Positions 13,407 to 30,840 of a DNA stretch of 64,000 nucleotides are shown piece by piece. The stretch spans positions 62,001 to 126,000 of the forward strand of contig JALDTO010000266.1 in assembly GCA_023515725.1 (NCBI GenBank). Direction: 5' to 3'. The stretch's first letter is position 1. Every line of letters starts with the position of its first letter. Made by a program: the position numbers and the translations under genes. The stretch is from Amoeboaphelidium protococcarum X5 (lineage: Eukaryota; Fungi; Aphelidiomycota). The notes below the pieces were generated by a model that searched no databases, was not told where the DNA came from, and saw only the letters and a program-made list of their open reading frames with translations.

Positions 13407-14514
13407 TCAATCAATGACTCTTTGCATCATCTACAGTAAAATAGATTCGTGATATGCATCAATGAAATCCTCCTACATTAATTTTGTACATATGATAATT
13501 TTTCTATGCCTGTTCTTTATATAAACTAATACTTACTTGCATGATAGTTTCAATGGCTCGAGAACTCCTTTTGGCGCGTACCAAAGCAATGGCTTCGGTG
13601 GCAGATTGACACATCTCAAGTTGCAGTAGTAAACAACACGCCACTAACCCTGCTCTCCCTATGCCTACAATTGTGATTACCTGCAACTTTACAGAAAGGT
13701 GTAATTTAAACTTACCGCCGCGGCAATGACACAGCACGTTCTGACCGTGTTTTAGTCTACCCACAACGTCGTCAGTAACTTTGGTTTTGAAATCTTAAAG
13801 ATCATCAGGAGCGAGTCCTTCAACAATAGGATACCGCAAAATTTCTATATTGTGCCTTTGTGCCAATCTTAAGTACTCATCTATGGGGGCATTAAGTTTC
13901 AGTAGCTCATCATCACTTAGCAAATTCACGATACAATTATATCCAAGCGTAGCAATTCTTGAAAAGTCTGCATCGAGATCTCTGCTTATAGGGCTCTTCA
14001 TCTTACCAGTTGCTCCATTCAGCCTCACCTTCTTGCCCGGAAGGCTACATAGAGCAAATTTGCCATATCGACTATGATTGCGTAAAGTTTCTCGAGATTT
14101 ATCAGTATCATCAGCAAGATCGCCTTCACTTTGAGCGATTCTCTTGCGGGAACTTGAACTGGTTGCCATCTATATACTCTCGCCGCCATTAAGATTCTAC
14201 CACAAGCTTTCATCGATAATTTCACTGATAATGAGGGGATGTGTCAGAGATGTTTTTATCACGGGATGAGGCAGAAGAAAACCACTGACTACACTCGATT
14301 AAACTCCGGTTATTGTGTGAGTCTACCATGAGTTTTCCAACTTGATCACTGAAGACATTTTGCTCGACTATGGCTGTTGGGCCTTGATGATTACAGAATT
14401 GCTCTATGAAAACTTATGTCTTGGGGACTTTCTACCTTATTCTTGCATTTCAAAAGTTATCGATTATAGTAGAATCTCTAAAAATTAAGCTAAGGGATGA
14501 TTTTGAGATATCAT
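13407..14514 (-). CDS. CDKN3/KAP-like dual-specificity protein phosphatase (2 introns)
   Basis: Motifs KTSLTHPL, LPGKKVRL and RDLDADF. The catalytic HCRGGIGRAG forms after removing GT-AG intron 13665-13715. A second intron follows AIETIMQ. Stop TGA 13407. Confidence 0.85.
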
Positions 14515-15207
14515 GGATCAGCAGGGGATCAGACAGCGTACTGTATGTTGCTCGTTGACAACGGTGGTTTATCACCAGTTCCGACACCAACAATGGCGGA
14601 TGCTTCGTCATACGCACTGTCAAGGTTATATATTGGATAATTTACAGACAGGTTCAGTAAACACGTTCAATTAAATGTTAAGTAAGAATTGTACAGGATA
14701 TAGAACATCTACCGCTAAATCTTAGTCGGCATATGCAAGAAGTGTTCTATGTCAACCATGAAAAAGTGAAAATATAGGTGATCTTATGAACTGAATTGCA
14801 CATCGATAAAATTGCAATTAGCAGATACCACACCAATTGATTTTCGATTTATCTATTCTACATACAACGACAGATGCGGTGTAATAGTTAAGTGGATAGA
14901 TCGGTGTAAATTTTGCACAGGCGAATCCATAATCAAAGAGACGCGTGTGTAATGCAGTAATGTAATAATGTATGACGCGTGCTATGGGGTAATACAGGCA
15001 CTGAATAGCCCGATACTCCAGCTACGCATCCGTGTAATTAATCTCTGACATCGTGTAGACGCAAAGCCTATAATTCGAGGCCACCCGTTCAATAAGTGTC
15101 ATTAAGTACAAAAATCTTAATTGAGAAAAGAAGAAGAGCGAACGATGCAAGATGCGCTTATAAATTCTATGATCTCTACTATTCTAAGTGTATCAATATA
15201 AACGCCA

Positions 15208-16289
15208 TCAAAATGATTTCATATTCTTCTTCTAAGTGCTAGCATAGTAGAAATACAGCGCAATAATAACAGCAACGACAGCCATTAGCTTGATCACAAA
15301 CTAGATGAAGCTGAATGCGCGAGATTTCACACCACCGCCTAAATCAGGACCACTTGACTGGCCACTTTACCCAACGTCCTCATGCTTGGAAGAGTCCACT
15401 GCCTCTTTACCGCCGTAAACAGTTATCTCTGGAGCCAGTTGAGTAAACGTATTCACGCGTAAAATGTCATGATTATCCACAAGATCTCCGGTGGCTGCAC
15501 TGAAACCGATGTATCCTGCATTAGGCAAGTTCACATTGGACACCACAAAGCACTATTACCAACCGGTTTCTCCTCGATCTGTAAACTCTAGCTTGAGAAC
15601 TTTATTCTTAAAGTACGTTGCTCTGGCAACAATTGAGTTTCCAACACTTCGTAGATTAGCCTCACAGCCTTGGCCGGCCATAGAGGCCTTGTTATCATTC
15701 CAATGATCATACTGCTTCGTACCATCATTCACCATGGCACTGATGTAAGGAAATGAGTGTTCGTGTTAACCATTAGGATAGGTGTCGAAGAATATACCCA
15801 AGCCTTTAAAGTTATCCTTGCCACCAAATACAGAGCCTTCTTCAAACTTCTCCGCAGTGTACCAAAAGGCAAATCCGTCGCCATGCTGTTGTGACTGACC
15901 GCCGTGAATCTTGAACTCGAACTCGACCGACCACGCTTCCGAAGCGACGGGACTACACACTATTAACATCAATTCGAATTAGATATCACAGACTCAAAAA
16001 ACAATATCAACCACAATGCTTACAATTTAGAATACAACCATCCGCGTTAACTTTTAGCTAAACTTGTCAATCTGACATAATCAAAGACTTTAACCAACAC
16101 GTTACCACCGAAATCCCAGTACTCATTTTCGAACTCATCATGCATGAATGGTGGATAGAGAGAGTGGCTGTAAATTGACGGGCCGAGATTTTGATCAAAG
16201 CCACCGTCCTCATTGTTGGAGAGCACCAGACTGAAATTACACAGCCACAAGTAAATTGACACTGTGATTAACTTTTAGATTAGAAACAT
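15208..16289 (-). CDS. VIP36/ERGIC-53-like L-type lectin cargo receptor (1 intron)
   Basis: Signal peptide; VRLT, HGDGFAFWY, FKGLGIFFDTYPN, GYIGFSAATGDLVDNHDI; C-terminal TM helix and KKNMKSF tail. Intron at about 15953-16023. Confidence 0.9.
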
Positions 16290-16649
16290 CTTTATCACAA
16301 TATCTACCTAATAGATGGGAGCTAAAAGTTATAAATAATAGTCAAGGTAGAGAAAAATAGATGTCGTCAAATTCGTCGCTATATGGGCGGTAGTCTGGAG
16401 GCCAAGATAATGATTGAATGTAGAGACGGTGATATAAATAGCATCGATCACAACAAGTTTGATATATAAAATCTCAGCCTTCAAACAAGTTTCCATTTAT
16501 TTAAACACACATTGAATCATCTCAATCAATCAAAAACAATAATTACATCAAAAATCATAGTCAGCGCACACATATCAATCGAATTATAAGACAGCCATCT
16601 TTTTAAACCGATAAAAGCTCATTACACAAACAGCGTCTGAATCAATAAA

Positions 16650-17919
16650 TCAATCCATCTTCTCTTCATGGCCAAACTTGTCAGGAAACACGTCCGCCAG
16701 CTTGTCAAACTCTTCAGTTGCAACAGCATTAGTGACTGATGTCTAGTAATAAGACGGAAATTAATGTTAAACCGCCTCCGAAGGCAATGCTGCTGAATTG
16801 ATTCCATTTCCAAAAGTTGCTTAATTCGTAAGATCAGACTGTTCCAAAATAGTAGGCAACTCAGGATGAGGTGATATAGAATTCACTGCAGGTAGAGTGA
16901 TACAATACGCACAAGAACAAGTCTAGCTACTATCACCATGACCCATATGCCACGAGGAAGTCTGATTTCCAGAGCTATACTAAATCTAAGACTGCTGTGA
17001 AATCATTGAGAAAGTGCTCGGATAATACTAGGAGTAGCTTCCTATTTGTGGATTACCAGATCCAAAGTAGGGGAAGTTCTCTAAAAATCCTTCAATAGGA
17101 GCGGGAATTGAATCATACATAGCAGTATCTTATGAAGTGGCTTGTTAATAGTACACATCCGCAACTTCTTCAAAATTACGCTGCATCAATGCAGGAGTAG
17201 ATTGCGCAAAAGTAGGCTTCTCTTGACTGAAATACAAACCAGTTTGAGGAGTATCTTCCTACTACTAATCCGCACAATCTTTATCTAATGTACTCGCTTT
17301 GTTTTACTAGCGTTTGTTATTATGCGCGAGAGTGTGTCTCCTAGACTTGTGTGAGCTCAGAGCGGTCAAATCAGGAGCACTCTGTCTTTTGCTCTGCTTA
17401 CTTCTAGCATGGTTGCGATAATCACTGCTACGAATCTTTCCCGTAAAAACACCATCCTTAAATTCACATTGATGATCAGGATCGATTCTCCAGTAACTTC
17501 CCTTACCAGGCCCATCATCATCAGATTTTGGAACTCTTGAGAATGCCTTGTTAATGGTCAAATTATGACGAATAGAGTTCTACACATCGGATGATAAGAG
17601 GCTATAATTCATTATACCGTATTATATAAGTTCATACCTGCCAACCGCCAGTCTATAATCTATAGTACTCAGGATACTTGTTAGATATCCAATCATAAAT
17701 GGTAGACAGTCGAGCCTTCTCGCCCGGCTGTGACATTATAGCCTGGCCGATCAGAGATGCCAGCGACAGTTTCGGCCTCTTTATCACAGCTTCACCTCCG
17801 TTGATATCAGCCAGCTATTCCTAATCTAATCCCGGCTGTACAGTGTCATTAAGGGGCGAGAAATAGAATAGATCTTGCTGCGAATTTAGAATGTTTGATA
17901 CTTCGTTATTTGTTTACAT
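16650..17919 (-). CDS. Forkhead-box transcription factor (1 intron; start uncertain)
   Basis: [15 protein letters not shown]...LSTIYDWI...GGWQ|[13 protein letters not shown]...[10 protein letters not shown], with intron 17580-17637. Stop TGA 16650. Nearest in-frame ATG is 17919. Confidence 0.88.
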
Positions 17920-18319
17920 TGTTGTTGTTGTACCAGCTTCTATCGTTGTTGGAATGTCAGACTGTTGATTGATACTCTACACTACCGCTTGATGTTCGGC
18001 TTAGCTCCATTATCAATACATTTATTTAAGCTCAAGTAGTCTTACATATTCTAAATATTATCAGCTATCCACAGGTTGTTGTTACAGAATGTCCAAGTCA
18101 CCAACGGTTAGTTCTAATGCTTAAGTCAAACAAGTGTACGAGCGGCCTCGCAGTTAGAAACAAACAATGGGATCTCTCGCGTGTTTCACAGGTGATCTTC
18201 TCGTTGCAATAATTACTGTTGAAACAGTAAGTCGAAAAGTTGCTCTTTAAGCGGAATATTTGAACAACATGAAGGAGCAAATTATGCGTAAGTACAAAAA
18301 TAAAATATAATCTTATTCA

Positions 18320-19615
18320 TCATCCAAGATTATCATACCGAGATCGCATGTTTACTGCGGGCAATTACTCATCTTTAAGCGTACTGTAGATGGAGAAATG
18401 ATTAGCATTTCTGGCCGCGATTTCAGGTGCCAACTTGTCTTGATTTAGCGCTTCGCTGCCGAAAGTCTTGTATGTCTTATTAAAGTCATTCCAAACTGAG
18501 TCCATGTCATCACCAAGAGACAATTGTTTATCATCATGGCTATTTTATGAGTATAAGCGATCAACCATGTCGTGCTTCTGAGACGCGAATGGGACAGCTG
18601 CAACGATTTCTTCTTCCACTTCAAGCACTGCAGATAGTGGCCTATTTTATTGCCTATTCAAGGCTATTGGTGGAGCGGGAAGAACATCGTGAGGTAAATT
18701 CTGACGGAATTACGGAGGAGTAGGAAGATGGTCTGCATAGGTGGAGGCTGTGAGAATTGGTGACACTGAGTATTGCGCATCATACCGCGGCCTCATATTA
18801 GCACCATGGTGATTATACGGCAGACTCTTTAGTTCAGCATCATAATCGTCATCATCTTTGTCCGCGATAACTTGGCGGTATCTGACAACTGCGAACACTA
18901 TGGCCAGCAATATGAACGTTCCAATACCTGAAAACATTGCAATACCACCAGCATTGAAAGGAAACGCGCCTCTAGCATATAACTCTTGAATAGAATTACC
19001 CTCGTTTTTCTCGGGAATGACAGGCTCGAATTCTTTTTCATTACCGGCCCGAGGCAGAGGAGTCGCAGAAGGTGTAGACGGCTCTGTAGACGAAGATTGC
19101 GTAGATGATGTCATGCTTTAGACAGTGGGATTCGGGGCAAGAGCCTCTCGTGCAGTCGGTGTTGAAGTTGTTTCAGCAGTAGGTAGTGATGCAGATTGAT
19201 CCCCCGGCTGAGGTGTGCTGTTACCTCCAGTGCCTGATACAGCTGGAAGTGGAGGATTCTAAGGCGCCCCGCCACTGGATACTCCAGTTCCAACTTATCC
19301 CCCCGGCTGTATGTTACCATTATTAGAATTACCAGAGCCACCTTGTCTATTGATATCCGCGGACGCGGGATTTACAGGAGGTGGCGGCGGTGGTTGAGGC
19401 ACCTAATTCGTTGTCACTCTTCTATCATCTTATGTTGCCCGTCTATTATTATCAGCTGTATTTGGCGGTGGAGGTGGAGGAGGGGGTCTCTAAATATTAT
19501 TGTCGCCATTTCTATTATTATTATTTGGTGTAGGTTGGCGCTGATTTTACGCGACAACTAACAGAGGGGACATCATTGCCATCCACACACAAAATCGTTT
19601 CAACTGAATCCACAT
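18320..19615 (-). CDS. Single-pass membrane protein with Pro/Asn/Ser/Thr-rich ectodomain, 431 aa
   Basis: ATG 19615 with signal-like MWIQLKRFCVWMAMMSPLLVVA, poly-Pro tracts, TM segment IAMFSGIGTFILLAIVFAVV, TGA 18320. Confidence 0.75.
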
Positions 19616-19801
19616 CGCGCTTTAACAAAGTCGCTTTAATAGGTCTAAAAATTAATAACTTAATAAAGATAAATAGCAAGACTGATAAAGAGAAATTGAA
19701 TCAAGTGTTTGAGCGGAATAATGCAACACTAGGCTATAATTTACAACGCGGACTTAATCCAGCCCTCTCATTGGTAGATCAAACATCACGATGTCACTCA
19801 A

Positions 19802-23794
<3,993 letters not shown>

Positions 23795-24064
23795 CTTAAG
23801 TTTAAAAGTTTGAATTAATCAGTTAAAATTGACGGTGAAATACAACTCACTATAAGGAGAAAAGAGCCAGATAAAGATAAAGAGAGCGAGAGTGATAAGT
23901 GAAACGGTCATTAACTGAAACTCGCGTCGGCGCCTTATCAAACTGAAACAGGAAACTCTGCTCTTTGAAACATCGCAGAGCTTTAATCACATCAGACATC
24001 GAGTAATCATTATTATTACAAAGGAAAACGCTAATACTAAATGTACAAGCAATATATTCAAAAT

Positions 24065-26095
24065 TCATGACAACTTTTGAGCATCAGTGGATTCATCGAC
24101 GCCCTCAATCAGAACCACGAATACTGTAACATCATCGTATCGGACATATCCGCGAGCGTACAACTGAGACGAGCAGCTGACCATCTCACGATCTGCCAGT
24201 CCATGGGCGAGAATGCACACTTTCTACAGCTTTCTCTAGATCTCCTTAGAGTATCTCAATTTATCCTCTGCGCGGTGTCTCTCCTCAATCGACAAGTCAA
24301 CGTCCATCTGGTGAGAGGCTGCAGATCCATCTTCAAACTCGTCATCTGCACACGTTTCAGACTGATGATCAACCAGAGACTCGCCGTTAATTAACTTAAA
24401 ACAATCAGGATCAGCATGTTCCATAGTATCTTCCACAAACTTGGACAACATCGAATGCTAGATAGCAGGATCTTGATGAGACAGATGATCCCATAGTCCA
24501 TCACTAGCCATGACCATCAGATACTTGTTCTGGTTAGGTTTCAACTGAACAAATGACACGTCTGGCTTACAATCTAGCAGAGCAGGCTCGTACTTAAAGA
24601 ACAAATCACCCATTGTGCCAGCCAAATTCAAGGTGGTACATGCCGGGAAATTCAGCTCATCAATCTTCCAACCAGGAGCTCTAGCAATGCGGCATCCTTC
24701 AAGCATACCAACATGTGTCTCCTAGAAATCGATACTGTCCAAAATGGCATTAGCCACACATTAATCGCGCCCGGCATAAATAAAGCGGCCACCATTTTCA
24801 TAGATTTTAATCGCCTTCTCAAGCTAACTAGGTGTGTGGTCTTTGGAAGCAAAGCATTCTTTCCAGTATGCTGAAGAGTCAAAGAGATCTTCATCACAGT
24901 CATCTAGACTCTGTGCTTGCTTTTACAGCATAAGTGTTCTTGAGTCACCTACGTTGCAATTGACCAGGAAGCCATTGTACAGCAGGTTGACAATTAATGT
25001 GCACCCATCATCATTGGGGCGTTTAGTTTTATATGGCGGCTTCAGCGATGGACTTTGAGACAAGTCTCCACCACAAGACAATATCCATTGGCGGTATTCT
25101 TCCAGCTTCTTATCGCAGTAAGACTTATCGACATCAAGAAACAACTACTATACACATTCTTTGAATTGCTTTTAATGGTCCAAGTCATAAAAGTTCCAGA
25201 CTCGACTGTTAACTAAACTAATTATCAGCTATGGCATCAACTTCACAGCATGTCTAGCACAATTAGCACCACCATGGCCGTCAGCAACCATGAACAATTA
25301 AAACGGGCGACCGCTAATCTCATGCACGAAGTTTGGATTCTCAGAAGACGATGGGAAATGGCAATCCTCCATATCAGCGTGAATATCAACTTTACCAGCA
25401 CCACAACCAGATGAACCAGGATACTTGTAACCTTTCTGTGTAGCAACGCTCCAGCAAAATCCATAGTCGATGCAGCCAGAAGAGGTTGAGTCAGACAGCT
25501 CGGCAGGAGAAGAATCGGTTGCATCATCACAGTGTGTGTTATCCGCATCATCGTCATGATCAACATCAACCAGGCCGTTGTCTTCACAGCCGCGTGAGAA
25601 AGAGACTTCAAACAAACCACTGGCCGCCCGCAATTGTGACGATTTGTTGCAACTAGGTGGAGACACGCCGTCAACAAACTCTGGCAATGATGATGAGACA
25701 CTCTAGTCTTTATTTACACCTTCATCTACTTCACTGCAGAAATTTGGGACACACTTTGGCGGCATAGGAAGTACCAGAGGAAAGCCAAACTCTGAGCGAC
25801 AACTCTAGTTGGAAACCAGAAAAAAGTCTTCTGAGCAAACACCACCAACACCAAGATCAGACTGCGGATATTTTTATTGAGTAGCAGTCTTTTTATCACA
25901 ATCAGAATCCAGCAAATCCTGCACAATCATAGATGATGATGACAATAGAGAAGTGGCAAACTCGGCGGAAACTACCTCCTCAGCAACGACAGCAGTGACT
26001 GAAGCAGCAGCGGCCATCACATTTACAGGAGAGGCGGCTCTTGAATTCTTCAAATCTGATTCTACAGATATATAATCGCTTTCCAATTTCATCAT
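24065..26095 (-). CDS. PP2C/PPM-family Ser/Thr phosphatase
   Basis: Five track ORFs in one frame. Motifs MED, VADGHGG, NVGDSR, MASDGLWD, DDVTV. TGA 24065. Confidence 0.88.
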
Positions 26096-26542
26096 CCTTC
26101 CAGCAGTGTGTGAATGAGTGATAGGCACCAAAGTTATGGTATGATGAGAGGATAACCGATAGAGAAGGAATGGATGAACAGATGATCAATAATCCTGTCG
26201 ATAAAATGACTTTGCGAAAAGATCGGATGATTGCGGTCGGGAAGAGAGTGACTGAGTGACAGAGAGAAAACGATGAAAGCGATCTGAGCAAATAGCTGAT
26301 CGGTCAACAACAAAAGACCGAGCCGGATTGGCCAGATCCCGAATTAGAATCTAGAATGCCAATTTAGATTTAGCGCATTTCAAAATACATCCTCTGGTTG
26401 AAGAGAATATAATAAGCCATATCTTAGCAGTATTGAGTCGTGTTAAAGCATGCGAAGCCCATTGTTTCTCACATTAATATTGAATGTTTGACGAGTCTTG
26501 GCACGCACGCTCGCTCGCTCGTAGTTTCTTAGCCGAAGACGC

Positions 26543-26773
26543 AAAGACAAGGCAACGGCAATTTGGGACGTTCCTATATCGGCCCCTTGATCGATCGTTT
26601 CATTGATGTACACTCAAAATTTGTGTATATACATTTTATTCACTGCTATTATACTTCTAGTTGTAAGCATGTAATGGCCCAATGATTTTTATATATATTA
26701 TGATTATTATTATCTTAGCTTATAGCACTCGGAAAAGGCTCGGTTGCACAAGTGTTCAGTCAGCTGGTCGTTG
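26543..26773. repeat. 231-bp direct repeat, copy 1
   Basis: Aligns to 29236-29466 with about 5 mismatches by eye. Confidence 0.92.
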
Positions 26774-26877
26774 ACCCACTTTGATTCGAATTCTGGCAGT
26801 CATTAGACAGTGTAGTAGACTGGTGGATAAATAAAGACGCATCAATTTTTGTCACAATACCGATATTGATCGACAAA

Positions 26878-27630
26878 TGAAAATACTAACGTTTATTTTC
26901 GCCATGTACTTCTAAACGGTATGTTGATGCCCTACAAGTTGGCAGCTGGCTATGACAGGCCCATCTTTGCGTTCGCATCGATGAAGAAGATTTAGATAAT
27001 TCCACCGCATCAGACACTTAATCCTTAAAATTCGCTTAAGATCCAGGAACTCATCCAATTTTCAGCTACAGAATTCACCAGCAAAGCTATCATTTCATCT
27101 GTATACAATTACTTACTGTACAACCAATGATTCTCAGTGTAGATTCAACTTATTAATAGGAGCCTACCAGTCATGAACAGCCCGACCATAAATCTTTGCA
27201 GAAATATTCTAAATATTTTCAATCAAATCATGATCATGATGCACAATTCTCGTAACACTACTTGATCCGCGAACTCAACGGTAAAGAGTTAGACCACATT
27301 TGTCTTTTCATTTCTCCTAATACAAATATATGTCTTCAGGATCGCTTAGACAGCCACGAATCGCATGAATCAAGATCTTCAAATCAAATCTTTTTTCACA
27401 GTTAGATGAATCCCAAGACTAGCCTTCTACTTATCATGTCTAGAGCGATTTGGAACCAGCACCGTTTAACGAAATCAGCTCAGATGCGCTGCTCGAAAGG
27501 TCAACAAGCACAGTGCTTCCACCGAGCCTTGGTATCTTTTAAAGGTCAAGTATATGAAATTACAATCCCAAATTTGTGGTGCAGCGTATAATGGGTAGAC
27601 TGCATCAAATAATTGGGATTACTATGATTG
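26878..27630 (+). pseudogene. Possible decayed secreted-protein gene
   Basis: Signal-like start MKILTFIFAMYF is followed by a frame break and then about 220 TGA-free codons. No recognised domain. Confidence 0.3.
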
Positions 27631-28146
27631 TGATTCAGGATCAGTATTTTATACCATATGCTGGGAAAAAGAACGAAATGAACACATTGCTTTTGTATGA
27701 AGGCCCAACTTTATTTTCTAGAAACTTAAAACTAGCAAATGCTGTCAAAGTTTCATTCTGGGTGGAAAATATAGTTGGCAGTAATACTTTGATTGTTTCA
27801 TCTTTTTATTGTTACAACACTAGGATCACAACGCCCAATTGTATAGAATCTAAACGCACCGGTTTCAAGGTGACAACTGTTCCTGAGAGTGTAAGTGCGC
27901 TACATTTGACACTTTACAATCTTTTCTGCTGTATATCTGGATCAATAAAACAATTTCTTAAAGTTGGAAAATATTGAATACAACTTCCTCTAGCAGTAAT
28001 TTAATCGTAAAAAGTTTTGTTTCAGTAAGAGATTGTAACTTCTACGACCGCCTTTAAGAGCTGATTTAAGATAATACCTAATAAAAATGAATAATGGGGA
28101 ACAATTTCAGCTGGTTGACATTTGACGCGTTTTTAGGCTCATAATA

Positions 28147-29196
28147 TCACCAACGAACAATGACCTTACCCATAGATTTACGACTGTCCACATGCTTCAA
28201 CGCGTCAACAATTTCGTTGGACGGATAAACTTTGTCCACATATGGCTTCAAAATTCCATTTTTATACGCATCAAAAACTTCTTTGAGAATCAGTTTCATT
28301 AAATGCGGACGATTTTAAGAGATTGTGAGCATATTCACACCAATAACTCCACGAGAGTATAACAAAAGCAGAATCGATGGATTGAATCCCATTGATAAGA
28401 GCATGTTAATACCACCTATTACACCACCATACTTCTAAGACACGTGCGTCACACTCGCCACGCCATAATTTACCATGACTCCTCCCTCTTTCAACAGTTT
28501 CATAGAACGAGCATAGACGGAACCGCCTAATGAATCAAATACAACATCAACCCCCTTCCCGTCTGTCGTCTCCTTGATCACTTCCACAAAATCTTGATCC
28601 TAGTAATTAATAGGATGGTCAATATTAAGAGTGTCGCGCATGTACTTTAATTTAGATGGATTGCTCGCTGTTCCATAAACAATAGCACCACGACTCTTGG
28701 CAATCTGAGCCAGCGCGGTCCCAACACCGCCGGCGGCTGCTTGAATTAGAACGTGATCACCAGGAGCAATTGTAGTTGCCCGACAAGCACAATACCATGC
28801 AGTTGAATATTAAACCATCAGAGCTAATGCAGCACCCGCGTCTGTATCTTCTTCGATCTTGGTACAGAAATCAACACCAGACAGAGCTTGACTCGAATAA
28901 CCTCCGAATTGACAGAATGCAGCGACTCTATCTCCAACTTTCAAAGGCGAATTATTTCCGCTGGACACGTTTATCTCCATAACTCTACCAACTACTTCGT
29001 ACCCAATCGTACATGGTAGAGGCGGACAATCATGATAGAGACCTTTGCAAGCCAGAATGTCAGCATAATTGATCCCAAAAGCTTCAACTTCCACCACAAC
29101 ATCGCCTTCCTTCTCAGCAGTTAAATCTGGCAGATCTTTTAATTCCAGAGCTCTTTCAAAATCTGTGCAGTTTTTGACTAAAACAAAAGACTTCAT
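28147..29196 (-). CDS. MDR-family quinone oxidoreductase / VAT-1-like NADPH oxidoreductase, 349 aa, intronless
   Basis: VEAFGINYAD, PLPCTIGYEVVG, VLIQAAAGGVG, GVDVVFDSLGG, SMGKVIV. TGA 28147. Confidence 0.92.
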
Positions 29197-29235
29197 TGGT
29201 ACAATGTTTAAATTTTATATTTCATCTCTTCCACT

Positions 29236-29466
29236 AAAGACAAAGCAACGGCAATTTGGGTCGTTCCTATATCGGCCCCTTGATCGATCGTTTCATTGAT
29301 GTACACTCAAAATTTGTGTATATACATTTTATTCACTGCTATTCTACTTCTAGTTGTAAGCATGTAATGGCTCAATGATTTTTATACATATTATGATTAT
29401 TATTATCTTAGCTTATAGCACTCGGAAAAGGCTCGGTTGCACAAGTGTTCAGTCAGCTGGTCGTTG
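29236..29466. repeat. 231-bp direct repeat, copy 2
   Basis: Near-identical to 26543-26773; begins 40 bp upstream of the oxidoreductase ATG. Confidence 0.92.
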
Positions 29467-29789
29467 GCCACTTCGAATCAGATGGCGAATATCGCGGTTT
29501 TTTATACTCTGTTATAGACTGCTTTATAAATACAGATCAAGTTTTGTAATTATACCGTTATTAATCAGCAACCGAGAATCATTATCCGTTTACTATCGCC
29601 ATGTACTGTACTTCATGTTATTGCACTTCAATTTAGGCAGATTGCTCGAAGAGGTTGCACTAAATATAGCACTTTAGAATCTATAACAACGTCATATATT
29701 GACTCTCATTAATAGCCTTTTCTCTCTTCTAATTTAAAAGTTAAATCCGCCATACAAGACATAATTATAGGATTCGAAGCCAACACGCA

Positions 29790-30734
29790 ATGCCGACATT
29801 GGGTTTGAAAGTTGGTTAAACAACAGTCGGAGATAAAAAGATTAACCTTCGAGCAATCCTAGCCGGTGAGACAAGCTTCCCTCTGACTGTCGATGAGCTG
29901 CGTATCTACATGTCTGATATTACCCATGACGTTGAAAATCTTGATTTCATGCGCGAGATTGTGAAGAGTGCAGAGTGCGCATGGTTTTACTCAATGATCA
30001 GCGGATTAAATGATGAACGTAGATCCGTTTTTATTGATCCTTAAGAGTATCAGGCCTTGAAACTAATATCTAAAGATGGGATCATTGGATATGCTTCTAG
30101 TTAATATAATAATGGAAGTAAAATTGAAAACTGCAATATGGAGCAGTTTGAAAGTTTAGTTTGTAAAGCGAATTAGAATATCATTGATGCATACATTGCA
30201 CCGGGATCTAAATTTGAGCTCAACATAAACAGTGTCACGAGAAATGCCGTCTTATAAGCGCCGTCTAATGCACCTCCGCTACAACTGTTTGCGCAGTGCA
30301 TTAAGGAAGTACTGTTCAATATTGAGACTAACGCTATTCCACGATTTGTAAAGTACGCGTCCAACACAAACATTGGTGAGAGGGAGGCCATATGGCGTCG
30401 CAACAACTTTTTGACTTTTGCAACTGTATATACTGCAAGTAATGCGCTTCTAATTGGGTTTAGCTAGCCGTCTCTTGCTAGACTGGGCTTGCTGCCCATC
30501 TGCTTTCTTGTATTTACCACATTCTGGCAGTGGAGAAGCAGGTTTTGCGTGGTGTTGGGAAGAAATAGTTTAACGCGGTACAGTGATGATCCATAATCTG
30601 AAGCTAAGCAGGTGTTTGAAGCCTGTGTGATGAAGAGTCACGCTCAGAGGTCGCGTGAGGTTTACCTTAAAAGTATTCTATGCATGATTCTGCTGATGGG
30701 GTGTACTCTTGCTCTACCTCCATATAATTTCTGA
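29790..30734 (+). CDS. Rax1-like RGS-domain protein with C-terminal TM helices, 314 aa
   Basis: Absent from the track but open with TAR=Gln: LRAILAGETSFPLTVDELRIYM..VENLDF..YIAPGSKFELNI..IPRF, then three hydrophobic segments. TGA 30732. Confidence 0.75.
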
Positions 30735-30840
30735 TGAATTTTGAAGATACAACCCATCTCAAATTTGATGAGATTATATGAGAATCGCATTAAAGTTAAC
30801 TATTTTTATTGAATTCTTGTATTTACACACTAATTAATAT

